This document shows positions 1-12,850 of a stretch of DNA of 64,000 nucleotides, one piece after another; positions within the stretch are counted from its first letter, which is position 1, and every line of letters starts with the position of its first letter. The translations under genes were made by a program, and so were the position numbers. Origin of the DNA: Tubulanus polymorphus (Eukaryota > Animalia > Nemertea); contig NC_134027.1 in assembly GCF_964204645.1 (NCBI RefSeq), positions 23,212,560 through 23,276,559 on the forward strand. The letters run 5' to 3'. The notes beneath the pieces are model-generated. The model was not told the origin of the DNA and ran no database searches. It worked only from the letters and a program-made list of their open reading frames with translations.

Positions 1-199
1 GACTAGTGCATGAAGTCGATAATTGCGGCGGCCTTTCTCAATGTATCTTCATCTGACTGATCTCGATAGATTTGTGGTACTGCAAGTTCATTCCTTTCAA
101 TATCGAAAAGTCGCGAACAGAAGGTAACATTATTCGAGCATTGAGATCCGCTGCCACTAAGAGCAAGATAACCATATGTTCTGACAATTCTATTGGTCG

Positions 200-600
200 A
201 ATGTTTGATGGCAGAGAAAAACTTAATAAATCTATTATACACCTGATGTGCAATAGGGTCATCGAAATTAAATGGAACAAGTTACAATGGGTACGATAAG
301 GTAAACCGAGTACTTTTCTGACGGCTTTTCTCAAAGCAGTGAACATTTTTGCAATATTATTTTTTGTGAAGTCCCAATGTTTACAGCCATACAATGATGA
401 ACAAAATTATTTGAAAAATTTATAAAAGCGTATATGAGCGTTAACGTGACTGAATTGAGATATTAGTAAATTGACCCGTCTGTTGAAATCCGATATACAT
501 TCTTGAACGCGTAAAGCGTCAGAGTTGATCCCAATCAAGTTGCCCAAATGTTTAGCGGAATGTGATTCTTTTATAATGGTTCCTTCTAAAATAATACTAA
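200..600 (-). mobile_element. Degenerate non-LTR retrotransposon (LINE) ORF2 remnant, region C-terminal to RT
   Basis: Broken ORFs 407..673 and 38..394 read KHLG...DFNRRVNLLISQF...MYGC..W....RKAVRKVLGLPYRTH, typical of the post-RT part of CR1/L2-group LINEs; reading frame interrupted. Confidence 0.65.
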
Positions 601-1129
601 TGTCAAAAGTAAGAACGCTCATTCTCACCTGGAAAGTATAGATAAACAGTCTTTTTAGCATTGAAAAGTACATAAAATTCTACCGAGAATTCTACACACA
701 ATCTTAACGTAGTATTCATGGAGTATTTACTAGGTGCAAGTAATATTATGGTCGACGTCGGAAATCCGGAACAGAGCATAAGAGTAACTAGTGGTTTTAT
801 GTCTCCATCTAATTACTCATTGTCCTGTGAGACAGTTTGCCTGTGTCAGAATGCGTTGATTGTGGTTTGTCTCACTGTCATGTCACAACCTTTGTTTTTG
901 TATCATTTCCCATGTATCAACCTGTCATAGTCAGTCCAGTTTTAGTATTCCAAACTGATAGTTCACTCGTTACTCTTTTGCTCTGTTCAGGATTTCCGTC
1001 GTCGACCATTCTTCGAGAATAGGACTGAAAATAGCTGTGCTAAAACTGTGCGCCACTGGTGCACCGGAACAAAATTGTATCTTAAGTTGTAAACTTAAGA
1101 TACAATTTAAAATCCACGCAAAGTATAAT

Positions 1130-1161
1130 CATGGACGTATAAACTAGATTATTCGTCCATG
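1130..1161. mobile_element. 32-bp near-palindromic micro-element with CATGG..CCATG ends and 7-bp direct flanks
   Basis: catggacgtataaactagattattcgtccatg flanked by gtataat at 1123-1129 and 1162-1168. Confidence 0.6.
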
Positions 1162-1580
1162 GTATAATACATCGACTGGCCAGCCCGAATATATAAAACT
1201 CATAGAAATCTCGCACCAGGTAGGTCGAATGTAATTCATGTTTAATTGTTTACTTATCGTCGTTAAATACTTTGAAGAAATATGACTGATATTTGTTGAA
1301 GTTCAGCGAGGATTCCTTGACACCGTTTCGATAAAATTCCACACAACAAAGGCCAATCTTATATCATATACGTATATATTTGAGTGTGCATTGTGTATAA
1401 TGACTTATTCAGAACATTATTGATTGGTTTTCATTTTTCCTCTGCTGCGAGTCTTAAATCTTCGGTTTCTCTTTGACTTAGTTGCGCAATCTAACCCTTT
1501 TCTTATCTGCATTCACGCGATGGGAATTATTGTAAAGTAAAAATCGCAATCCGCCTAATACAGACACTTTCGACAGGGTC

Positions 1581-1762
1581 TATAAATATACGAACACGCA
1601 CATAGGAAATGCGAAGGAAATTCATACATCTGTGGTGTATGTTATAAACGCTATCGATTCTAAATTAAGGATTTGTTGCGTATTTGAAATTTGTTACCTC
1701 GAATTCGAAAATACGCGAAGAAAGGATTTTATCGTATTAGAAAATCAATCGTCAATTATACG
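1581..1762 (+). promoter_or_regulatory. Putative TATA box and non-coding first exon of the SLC10 gene
   Basis: TATAAATA at 1581-1588; donor-like CG|GTAAGC at 1762/1763; acceptor-like TAG ending 2505, just before ATG 2511. Confidence 0.4.
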
Positions 1763-2510
1763 GTAAGCTTATTGATCATCGACGCATACGAGGGACCTCG
1801 TTCATTTTTATTTCGTCAAATATATAATATTGGGCAATTCTATCATGTGCGAAGGCCACTGCGACCGCTCATTCTTCGAGGTGTCATTATATAGGCTGCT
1901 AGCATTATCACTTTTTTAGATTGGCTCCCAACAGGGCTTACGTATTCATAGGAAAACCAGTTTAATTACCGAAAATAAGTGTCCTTTATAAACTTTTACG
2001 AAAAACGTATGCGAAGCCAAATATCTATCAGTCGTCATTTTGAAGAAGGTTTGTCCATTCAACTATTTCTTTTTTTCTCTATTCATTTTGCGTATAACAT
2101 TAAAAAAAACCCTCGAAATGACAGTGGGGGTCTTCAGGAGAGCTTATATAAGCGATTTGTTCTTTAGTCTTACAGTAACAATTGACTCATTCCAGTTGGC
2201 AGTACCGCGCCGCCTAGTAGACCGGCTATTGTTCGCATGGCCCGGAGGCGTTCGGAAGGCTCTAATTAAATTTTCTGATGGTTGTCATTCGTACACAAAA
2301 GGATATCCACATTAAAAAGGAATATACAAAAACATGTCAGTATATACGTATTGCGAATGATTTTTTGTGAACTATGAACGGATCAACTAAAATGATTTAT
2401 AAGGTGCCGGAGACATCGCACGTGTATGTATCGGTACCTGCGCTAATGCCGAAATAAGAGTATTTCTATGAATCTAATCGTTAAGGTTTTACGCATTATT
2501 GATAGTTAAT

Positions 2511-3164
2511 ATGCGCGATTCGGCGAAGACGGTTTTCGCGGTGCTTTTGTCTCTGGTGCTCGTCGTGATCGGCGGGACTTCAGCCGCGGAGGATGAAGCC
2601 GACAGCGGCAACCTTACCTACGCGATGCACCCGCTATTTCTGAAAATGCGACCGACCGAGATAACGAATCTATCGATGTGGGATGGCGTGATTACCGTCG
2701 AGTTTCGATACAGTTTACAAGCGAAAGTTCCCTGGCAAGTGAGGTTCGCTTCGGAGAATACGGAACTGATGACCGTCGGCGACAACGATACGTTCCAACT
2801 CCAACCGGACCAAGGCATAGCGGCGGACATTCTGACGCAAATATCAACTTTCGGAGGCTCGCAAAACGTAACCCTTCACGGGCACTTTTTAGGCTTCACT
2901 AAACTGTACATTTTCGTCAATAACGAATCGCTGGCGGACAGTAACGTGACCACCTGGCGTCAGTTACCGGTGGAGTATAAGGTAACGGTCTACAGGCCCG
3001 AGCGAGCCGTCGATATCGTGTTCAGAGTGGCGGTTTCTGTATTAGTGGTAATCAGCACGATGATGATGGGCACGAAAATCGACTTGAACGTCGTGAAAGA
3101 CGTGCTGAAACGACCGTATTCGCCAATGATCGGTTTCTGCACTCAGTTCCTGATCATGCCCCCG
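2511..3164 (+). CDS. SLC10/BASS sodium-bile acid cotransporter family protein, coding exon 1 (signal peptide, extracellular domain, first TM segments)
   Basis: ATG 2511, hydrophobic signal peptide, N-glycosylation sequons, MMMG..IDL..VK..LKRP..P.IGF..QFLIMP motif; phase-0 donor CCG|GTACGT. Confidence 0.9.
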
Positions 3165-3466
3165 GTACGTATATATACAGGCCTATACATGAACTGTGTC
3201 TCGGCAAACATGTGAAAAACTAATCCCGTTCAATAACATTAATAATAATAGTTTATTTTTCATTAAACTTAGAAAGAAATACAAAATACAATAGTGACAG
3301 GTCAGAACATCCAAGATCAAAACAGTGTCTCCCATCCTGCAATATATAATCATTCTAGCCAATACACTCATTTCTGTGTGGAATGATCTAAATCTCAATT
3401 GTTGTCAATCTCAAATATCTCAGAGAAGTCTACCATGAAATTAAATACAGTTTTTTAAGCTTAAAA

Positions 3467-3620
3467 TAGGGATTGTCCCTGTTATTCATTTGGTTGACAG
3501 ATTTCGTTTTGATTTGGTGTCCCCTACAAACCCGTCACACCTGCCGGGAGCGAAACAGGACTCTGAAATCGGAAATCGAAGTACTTATATGTTTGTGTGA
3601 TCGGCCGTCAAGTTTTACAT
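3467..3620 (+). repeat. Dispersed repeat family (other copies ~24355, ~28377-28640, ~42533-42670, and inverted ~30178-30274)
   Basis: Shared tagggattg(t/a)ccct..attcatt..gtgtccc(c/t)taca(a/g)accc..cacacctgccggg(a/c)gcgaaacagg block. Confidence 0.75.
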
Positions 3621-3950
3621 ATTTCATTTATTGCTTCAATTGAAGTACAAATTACGGCGTCATGGGGACATCATTGTTTTTTTGCGGATTAGATAATCTT
3701 AGAAAACTAAAATCTTAGAAAGCTAACTAAAAGTACAATTTTCTTTCGATTGAATATTTTTTAATAGGCAGCCATTTGATTCCGACTTTTAAATTTTGGA
3801 ATCGGCAAAAAAATCCGAAAACAATACTTTAATGTGCTCAGGACGCTTCTGTAGAATCACGATAATACTTTGATTGGTTTTCAGGGATTTTCATCGAACT
3901 TAAAATTCTATTCTTAATCAGATATAAAACGACTCGTGATTATTTTTCAG

Positions 3951-4122
3951 TTGGCGTTTGGCTTGGCAAAACTGTTGAAACTGGATCCCAGCCAATCGCT
4001 GGGCCTATTCGCGGCAGGGTGCGCCCCTGGTGGTGGATCGAGTAATACTTACACATATTTGTTAGGCGGTTGTCTATCACTGAGTATAACTATGACTCTT
4101 GTTTCAACTATCGCGTCTTTAG
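3951..4122 (+). CDS. SLC10 family transporter, coding exon 2
   Basis: Acceptor tttttcag at 3950; GCAPGGGSSN..TYLLGG.LSLSITMT..ST family signature; donor AG|GTAAGA, phase 1. Confidence 0.92.
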
Positions 4123-4219
4123 GTAAGAAAAAAAAACAAAATTAAAAGCCTTCTCGAGATTAAGTAATAGTTGAGCTATCACAAATTCTTTTCTGACCGT
4201 CTTCGGGTCTACGTGGGAG

Positions 4220-4720
4220 TCCGGAGTGAAATTGAATCCATTTTACTGTGGAACTGAGTCCAATTAAACCCAAAATTAATTAATTAAATTGGACCTGGAT
4301 CAACAGTAAAATCAAATTCACACAACCGTAGAACTGGATCCAGAGTCAAATTAACTCACACAAACTGTTGAACTGGTTCCAGAGTCAAATTAAACCCACA
4401 CGACTGTAGAACTGGGTCCACAGTCAAATGAACACCACAACTGTGGAACTTATTCCACAGTGCAATTAAACCCACATATCCATGGAATTTGATTCAGAGT
4501 CAAATTAAACCCACACAACCGTGGAACTGGATCCACACAGTCCAATTAAACTTACCTAACTATATGGAATTGGATCCATATAGTCAGATTAAACTCGTAC
4601 TGCTGAGTCCAGAGTCAAATCAAACCCACACAATTTTATACGTGACTATATCAGTTAAGGCGCACGGAACTGGATCAAGAATCCAATCAAACCGGCATTT
4701 ATAAAACTGGAATCACAGTG
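4220..4720 (+). repeat. ~34-bp minisatellite array in SLC10 intron
   Basis: Repeated unit approx. gtggaactggatccagagtcaaattaaacccacacaact. Confidence 0.85.
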
Positions 4721-4766
4721 ATATTATAAATCATGTAGTTTAAAACAAAAATTTTACCGATGATAG

Positions 4767-4989
<223 letters not shown>

Positions 4990-5143
4990 TCGTTATATTC
5001 GATTCGTTATATTCGGGGCGTTTTTCAATAAGGTGCAGGGTCCAATTGAACCCACGACTCCTAGACTATATCAACATACAGAATCAAACCCGAACTACAA
5101 CCTCGCTCTTTATAACTGACTCGTCGCAATCTTTGTATTTCAG

Positions 5144-5961
5144 GTATGATACCGCTATGGTTATTCACGTTAGGACAATTGATCATAAGCGATATACCCA
5201 ACATGGCAGTACCGTACGAGAATATCTGTATATCGTTAGTAATGATCCTCGTGCCGGCCGCGGTGGGGATCATTTTGCAGAAAAAGGCGCCGCGAATTTC
5301 TAAAAAGCTCGGCAAGGGCATCAAACCGTTCCTCATCGTGTTGGTCTTATTCATGAGTTCGTTCGGGGTGTGGGTGAATTTGTACATGTTCAAGCTGTTC
5401 ACGCCGAAACTGATCGGGGCCGGAATACTGCTGCCGTGGACAGGGTTCGCGCTCGGCGCGCTCATCCCGCTCGTGTTGCGTCGGCCGAAAAACCGCATCC
5501 TGACGATCGCCATCGAAACCGGAATTCAGAACACGGGGGTGCCGATTCTGTTGATAACGTTCTCGATGTCGTCGCCGCAAGGCGACATGGCGATCGTGGC
5601 GCCGATAGTGGCGTCGATGTTCACTCCGCTACCGCTGCTGATCGCCGTGGCCGTTTTAGAAATACGAAAGCGTTGCTGCAAAAAGAAAATCGACGACAAC
5701 GAAGACGACAACGACGACGACAGTAAAGACGAGGAAAAGGGCGAAAAGGGAGCGCACGTGAATAAAGCCGTTACGATCGACGATGAATCGGACGTCGCTA
5801 ATATCAAAGATGCCGAAATAGAGCTGGAATACCAGCGAGAGGAGAATGAGAAAAACGTAGATAAAGCGACGGCGGCGGTTAACGGTGACATCAACGAAAA
5901 CGTCGAAACTGAAAACGGAGCGAAAGATGAATTTGAAGCAGAGGAATCGAGTAATATGTAA
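5144..5961 (+). CDS. SLC10 family transporter, final coding exon with acidic C-terminal tail
   Basis: Acceptor tttcag at 5143 restores frame (G+GT, then ATG); [10 protein letters not shown] and [10 protein letters not shown] motifs; stop TAA 5959-5961; spliced length 1644 nt = 547 aa. Confidence 0.92.
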
Positions 5962-6076
5962 TAACACTTATTAAGGGTAGGGATTGGGTGCGCGCTATAA
6001 TAAGCGTATATACCAAAGAAGATTGACAATTTAAGCTTTATATCAGACTTGTTCGCGGATTTTGAACATTTTGAGT

Positions 6077-6089
6077 TCACACAGACACA

Positions 6090-6172
<83 letters not shown>
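6077..6172. repeat. (AC)n microsatellite just downstream of the SLC10 stop codon
   Basis: Seen directly. Confidence 0.97.
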
Positions 6173-6175
<3 letters not shown>

Positions 6176-6764
6176 TCCTCGTGGAGGGGATGAATTCGCG
6201 ACATTCGAAGCCTTGGGCGAACTTCATAGTTCGTAGTTAGTCGACTTTAGTGGTCGGAGCTATTACGATCGAGCGCACTGCGCGTTTCGGTTCCATTTTA
6301 CGATGCATGTGTTGGCCATCCTGGAACTAGTTCCGGACTACAGCGACCTAGCCAATAATTCTAATCATTCAATATTTCTGGACTATTCTGACATTCGGTT
6401 TGCGCTCAGTTCGCAAAATAGTCGACTAACTCCGATAACCGAAGTACACGCATTCACCTATTCAGCTGCGAAGCATGAATAAAGGTTTAAGGGGGTCGTT
6501 TTCTCTCTTGGAACGATATAGCTATATAAGCATATCGACGACACACACTGCCGTGAATTGCACAAGTTTCAAAAATTAATAACGTTTCAACACCTATGAA
6601 CACCCGGTGGCTTTCTCACTGCGATGAGTTCGCGGAAAGATGGATTGATCGCTCGATGATAGAACCGCAAGCAACGCTACAACTCCAGCACAGAACTGTT
6701 TCGAGCCCACGTTTATGCAATATCTACTAGAAATCACATTATAGAAAAATTGAAATACATGTAC

Positions 6765-7025
6765 ATTTGTATATTTCTGATATCATGAATTGGTTTGGTT
6801 TTTTCATTTAAAATTTCCATTCTTAAGGTTGCCTAATAATGCTTGGTTCTGATTGTTACGCCAAAAAAAGAATAGATATGCCCCTATCGAGGAAGGACAC
6901 CGTTGGTTTTTATTTTATATTTCTATCTATTTCTGTTGCCATGAACTGATTTTCTTTTTGCATTTTAAATTTCCATTTTGAAGGTTGCCTCATATAATGC
7001 TTGATTCTGATTGTTCATTCGCCTC
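6765..7025. repeat. Imperfect local tandem duplication (~160-bp period)
   Basis: tatttctg..catgaa..aaatttccatt..aaggttgcct..taatgctt..ttctgattgtt occurs twice. Confidence 0.7.
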
Positions 7026-9365
7026 AATAAACCAGATAGGCAAGGAACGACACCATTTAGTTATTCTGTAGAGACCAATGGGACTGGAAATGACCATCGA
7101 TACATTGCGGAACTGATAATATGATGAAAGACCGATTAGATGATTAACCAATTTGACGATAGACCAATGACAGGCGCAGGGACGTTTCCAGGGGGGATTT
7201 CAGGGGTCTGGGAAACCCCGTCAAAAAAATTATTTTCTTAACACTGCTATTCAAAATGGATCTGAGAAAAATCAGTACAGAATTCTCTATAGAATTATCT
7301 CCTTCGTGACTGAGTGTTTCATTTCACTGGTTAAATGCAGGAACTGTATCTGGAGGTTTCAAATAGAAAAAGTTTGGTGCTTGGCACTTGCTTCACTGCT
7401 GATTAATTTCAACCTTTGAATCCCCTCATGTCTAATCCTGGATCCACCATGGGGATGCCGGGATAGTGGACCCAAACTTTCTGAATTCCTCCACTCAAGG
7501 CTAATGTACCGATGAACGATCAATGTCGCGCCGACTCGTTGGAATAGCGCTCGCTGTTCACGACAAATCATTTTTGTGAAATTGTTGATGATATTTTCCG
7601 ACTGTCGGTGTCATTAATATGACAATTACGTATTTGACATCGTTCCCACGACGAAACAGCATTAAGTTAATTGACTTTAAGCGATGAGAGAATACTTCAT
7701 CCGCGAATTCACCTAAGTGGACCGTTATGGTAATTGGTCGATTAGAATCTAATTTCTGTAAAATGGTCTGAAAAGGCTGCAGCGCATCTGTCGTCAAATA
7801 AGCTACAATAAAAACGTCGCCGCTGCAAACAGTATCATACTGATAAGCTCAGGTCTATTCGAACATCTCTGTCTAAAAGTTAAGTATGTTCGTTAAATCG
7901 AGGATTTGCCTTTTCGAAAACAAATACCTAGGTGCTTCTTGGAACTCATCAAACATGGAGGATATATAACAATAAATTGATATTTAAAACATTATTCGCA
8001 AATTTGTTTTATTTCATAAAACGAATGATATTTTTGATAATAATAATAATGATAATATAATATTCATTAATATAAATATTCTAGCAACGTATCTCATTCA
8101 TGTAGCGCAGATAACCTATCGGCAATTCTATATAGTATGTTATTAAATGCGTCCTTGCAGCTAAAGCATTTTCTGAAAACAGATGGGTCTTCAGATGTGT
8201 CCAACACTATTCTAAGTCAATTGATTGGTACTCGGGAGAGAATGTTTGAGTTCCAGTGAAACACATCGAGAAGCTGCTCTTGATCTAAACGTGCTTCAAG
8301 GAAACTGGGGTTCGCAAAGTTTAGAATGGTGAGCTGGAAGTTTCTAAAAGGTTTGCACATTTCAATCGATAACAAAGGTATATAAGCTGAACTGACGCTA
8401 GCCGAAAAAGAGGCATATGTATTTGTTTACCATAGTCGGTCTGTAAGCAGAAGAAGTGTATCATTTTCCTTGAAAGTTTCATTCATAGTCTAATGTCTTC
8501 CATTCCTGGCAGAATCATACTTGGTACAATTCATTAAATGCTGAAAAATATTCACAGCGGTGGCGCCAGCGGACCGACACGCGCGCTGTAAATGTATCTC
8601 GTATGTCATATGTCATAATGTCGTATCTCGTATGATATATCTCATATCATATATGTCGTCTGAGATCTTCCATACCTAAACCGCTTATCTATAGCGGCAG
8701 CAGCTCTTGCGCTGGCCAAATTCTGTATAATATGTCGTCGGCTTCGATTTTCGTATACAGTAGCATGATACGTCTAATGAAGGCAGTGTTACAATTTGGT
8801 GGCCGAGTTGTGACAATGCAATTAGCAAATCACCCCAACAGGGATTTAATTACGTCGAGGAGTTCAAATCAGATTCAATAGTAGACAATAAAACGAATCG
8901 ATACGCCCCCAACCGTCGACTAGACGATGCCGTGTTTATATGTACGGTGGGTGAAAGCCCATTGTTACGCAGTTCTTTTTGTATTCCGACACCCAATATT
9001 TTTTTATGAGAAGACATACCGTATCTGACATAAATACCATCAATCCACGCAAAATGACGCCATCTAAGTAGAAAAGCAGCACTCTGACGTGGAGAATAGA
9101 TAATAGAATTTAGTAGGCCTACCCAAAACTGAAAAGATTAAAAATTAAGATTTAAAGGCAGTACGGGTCATTCCGTAATTTCGTTTCGTATTTCATTTAG
9201 TACTTTAGCAGGACTCAAAAGACAGTGTTTCGAACTCTCACTGCGGATCATCTTCAGGCGCCATGTTTACTTGGTTCCAAATCTATATACATGTATGACA
9301 TCATCATATTGGACTGGTTGTTTGTTCACACCGAAAACCTGAACATTACGTTCCATGTCAGTTGA

Positions 9366-9705
9366 CATCCTCCCCCGGCAGGGATTCGAACCCGATGGCA
9401 TCGAGATTGCCACGGTACGAAACCCTGCCACACAAGACCGAGTGCGCAGCTACACGCGCAGCTTAGATGATGTCATTATTAGCCAATCAGATATCCCGTA
9501 TTATTTTAGCCCGGGTTTTCCTATTTATAATTCTTCCGTGAAATTTACCTCAGCGATTATACAACGAGCAATCTGATTGGCGCCGCAAGTTTTCGCGCGG
9601 CTAAGCTGCGCATGTACCTGTACACCCGGTCTTGTGTGGCAGGGGTTCGTGCCGGGGCTGAGTCTAGCGATGCCATCAGGTTCGAATCCCTGCGGTGGGA
9701 GGATG
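9366..9705. mobile_element. MITE with long TIRs and 9-bp TSD (Mutator/MULE-like)
   Basis: CATCCTCCC..GGGAGGATG ends, ~85-bp imperfect TIRs, exact TSD gtcagttga at 9357-9365 and 9706-9714. Confidence 0.88.
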
Positions 9706-9962
9706 GTCAGTTGATAGCCTAGGCTGGCCCGTACATAGTCATTTTCAAAGTAAAGGATAACCATACGCTACACAGTCAACTCCCGATTTAGCGCTGGGTT
9801 CGAACCCCGGCTGCAGTATGAGTATCAACTAATCATAAGAACAGAAAAATCCTTCCACAGCAAAACATCAGACAAATTGTTAGAATTGAGTCGCATCGAT
9901 CATGCTTTATTTTGGGACTAATAAGGAAAGATTGGCATTTGCGTTTTATATTCAAACGAATA

Positions 9963-10157
<195 letters not shown>

Positions 10158-10165
10158 TTAAGAGA

Positions 10166-10585
10166 TCAACAGCCAGACGACTCTAAATGTTCTGTAATGA
10201 CTTTCACCGCTTTATTCACGTTGCCTTGTAGCCGTGACGTTTCCTTTCCGATTACAATCACCACCGCTGTTTTGGACGTACACGCCGTAACGTAGCCCTG
10301 ATCCTTTTTCTTGGCGAGTACCATTTTATCTGCTTCGTCGGCCCTCAAAAACTGAAATTTAACCCCGTTTAGATGTACTCCACCGGCCTGCAATGTTGAT
10401 GCGTCTCCACCGTCGCAAGCTCTAGCTATATTTATAACATCGTCGACTTCAATTTCTCCGAGTGTAAATGAATGAGCGTGGTCGCTCGAGGTCCAAGGTT
10501 TTCCGTCCTTGCCACCTATCCAGACTTTGTCTACATCGTTTGGAGCCTGCTCGATTAAATTGTCGATATAACTATCCCACGACAT
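10166..10585 (-). CDS. Profilin (paralog A, 139 aa)
   Basis: [10 protein letters not shown] start, W31, [30 protein letters not shown]; intron acceptor at 10595-10596, 9 nt upstream of ATG. Confidence 0.95.
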   Translation of the reverse strand: MSWDSYIDNLIEQAPNDVDKVWIGGKDGKPWTSSDHAHSFTLGEIEVDDVINIARACDGGDASTLQAGGVHLNGVKFQFLRADEADKMVLAKKKDQGYVTACTSKTAVVIVIGKETSRLQGNVNKAVKVITEHLESSGC

Positions 10586-11895
10586 GATGTTGCCCTACAA
10601 AAAAAACAAACCCCTTGTATAACAAATAAGCGACGATCACATATATCAATTTAATCGCTAATTTCAACTAGGTTCAGTTTAAGTTTGAGTGGAACTTCGG
10701 CGAGCTTTAACTTGTCAAGTGAAAATCAAAAAAGAGAACCAAGATATGCTTAAACTAGTTTTTTTTTTTGTTTTCAAGATTGTCCATCAATGACTATTGT
10801 ATTCTGTATGGGGTCAAGCCCGGGTTAAGTTAAAGGGGGTCTTGTGAACAGTTTCAATGAGAATTTCAACTCTTTATATAACAACCGATTTGTTTTTAGT
10901 TTTAAATGCTATGGAATTTAAAAAAATTAGTTTTCAAATTGTGCGCAAATAGTGGATTCTTATCATGTAAATCTATATTTTCCACGTTTAAGTGTGGCTT
11001 TTCTCCTGAAAGGTGTTGAATTTTGTAAAAGATAGCTTTCATTTTTTGGGGAAGAAACCATGTCCCTCCCAGATGGTATGAAACAACTACTATACCCTAT
11101 GTATTACAATGCAAAATTTGTAACAAATCAAATCCTGTCGATCCTGTTTTCAATCGCTCGTGGTCAGTTTGGCACAAGTAGAAATTTGACTGGGTTTAAA
11201 TGAGTCACGCTCCATATATCCCCATTTCATGCTGCATTGTCATAATGCTCACGCTGTCAATCATTTTTTGTTGTTTTTCAGCCTTCGAACACACCCATTT
11301 GCGATCTCAATAAAGTTTGGCCTTATATATTGTCTTCAACTCATGTTATGGGCCATTTCCTGTCGGAGGGTCTCGTTTTATGAAACACTGTATCCTAGAT
11401 AGTTGGCATTCGGTTTTAGCCGAAATCACACGATTCAGTCCGTGCAAAATTTACAAAATTTGCGAATGGACGATTCACATCGTTTTGTTTGAGCAATTGT
11501 TTAGTATATCGAGTTAGTGGTTAACGTGTGGACTTGATGTGTAATAAGACACGGGCCAAATTTGACTCGGAACTGATTTAATGTTCCCACTAGGCCCTGG
11601 CCAAATCGTCTCCGGGCTAAGTGTCAAAGGGCAAGGCCTACTAGGGGATCATAAAACTTACTTCGGGACCCGCCCGCTCAGCTCAAAAAATAAATATACC
11701 CTATCGAATGAAACAAAAACACCGACCGTCGACATATGACAATTACTGAATCACTGGGTCGGCTTCCATCGCTTTTTCATACACGTATCGCGGGAAATAA
11801 ATCAAAATTTTTATCCTATGTACGCAAATGATAATTTTCTAATTCTGCGCAACTATATACATCCATACATAAAATACACTAAAGTCTACGCCTAC

Positions 11896-12850
11896 CTTGT
11901 TGCCTGGAGAGTCCTCAATGCAAGAATTGAATACCGACTATACTAGGCCAGACGTTTTATTCATCACTATGGCAGGCTACAGGGGCGGATCCCGGGGGAT
12001 GTGTAGACAGTATTGGAAGACAATTGAAGGGCACCTTTCTGATCTTAGGGCACACCCAGTAAACAGGTCAATGCGAGCGCCGAAGGCGCGAAGTGCTTAG
12101 AGGGGGGTCAAATTTTGAAAATATGGTACCATTTAAAGGCTTTTAGAGGGCTTCTAGAGGCTAGCAGAGCAATCCAGAATAAACGAATTCGAGACAAGAT
12201 TTCAACAGATGCGGATAAAAAATGAAGCTGGCGAACCCATGAAAGAATGGTTGTCGCCAACTTCGCCTAGTGCCCCTATAATCTTTAAAGTGCCCCTTAA
12301 CAATTATACAGAATACGGCTAAGTGCCCCTTCATTGTTAACAATCGGCAAAAATTGCCTCGTCTTCACATTCATCCTCATGTCGTGTGCCATCTTCCAAA
12401 CCAAAAGTGCCCGTAAAATTTTAAAAATTAGGCAAAAAAGTGCCCTTTTCTTCAACATTTTCCGCGTATAGTGCCCTCTTCTAAAGTACGAGTGCCCCTT
12501 TAGCCCTCCCTGAAAAGGCAAGGACAAGGTGCCCTCATCTAAAGCATGAGTGCCCCTTGCAAAAGGAAAGTGCCCTATTTAATTTATCATGATTAAAGGC
12601 TTTACAAATATGATTATCTCTCCTCACTTTCTCGGCAGCAGTATTTACCGATTAATTTTATAATTATGCCCGGATTACGGACACGGAATTAGCGGTTGCT
12701 GAAATAATGCCGTCAAAATTATTGCCGGTGAAATTTCAAAGGGCACTTAACAATTCTAGACCGTATTGGGCAATACGGCTAATACGGTCTGGATCCGCCC
12801 CTGGGCTATTGAGAGAGAACTGGTTCGGCCCGAACAACGCGCCGTATATA
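11896..12850 (-). promoter_or_regulatory. Putative promoter and non-coding exon 1 of profilin A, interrupted by a MITE
   Basis: Minus strand: TATATA ~12845-12850, CCAGTT initiator-like ~12821, donor AAG|GTAGG at 11896/11895 conserved in all three paralogs. Confidence 0.6.
11980..12803. mobile_element. 824-bp non-autonomous DNA transposon, hAT-like termini
   Basis: Perfect 13-bp TIR CAGGGGCGGATCC; GGCTA duplicated (11975-11979, 12804-12808); empty site visible in the sister copy at ~18143-18160; many internal AGTGCCC motifs. Confidence 0.93.

Noticed and set aside
3165-3215. C-terminal part of ORF 2499..3215
   Set aside because: Read-through into the intron after the donor at 3165.
4220-4720. 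CRISPR-like periodic array (also 31070-31500 and 33140-33490)
   Set aside because: Units are contiguous degenerate repeats without unique spacers; no cas genes; eukaryotic context.
5061-6227. Antisense and alternate-frame ORFs over the SLC10 last exon
   Set aside because: Shadow ORFs of a GC-rich coding exon.
12200-12580. AGTGCCC repeats with variable spacers read as a CRISPR-like array
   Set aside because: The repeat is only ~7 bp, irregularly spaced, and lies inside a TIR/TSD-bounded transposon.
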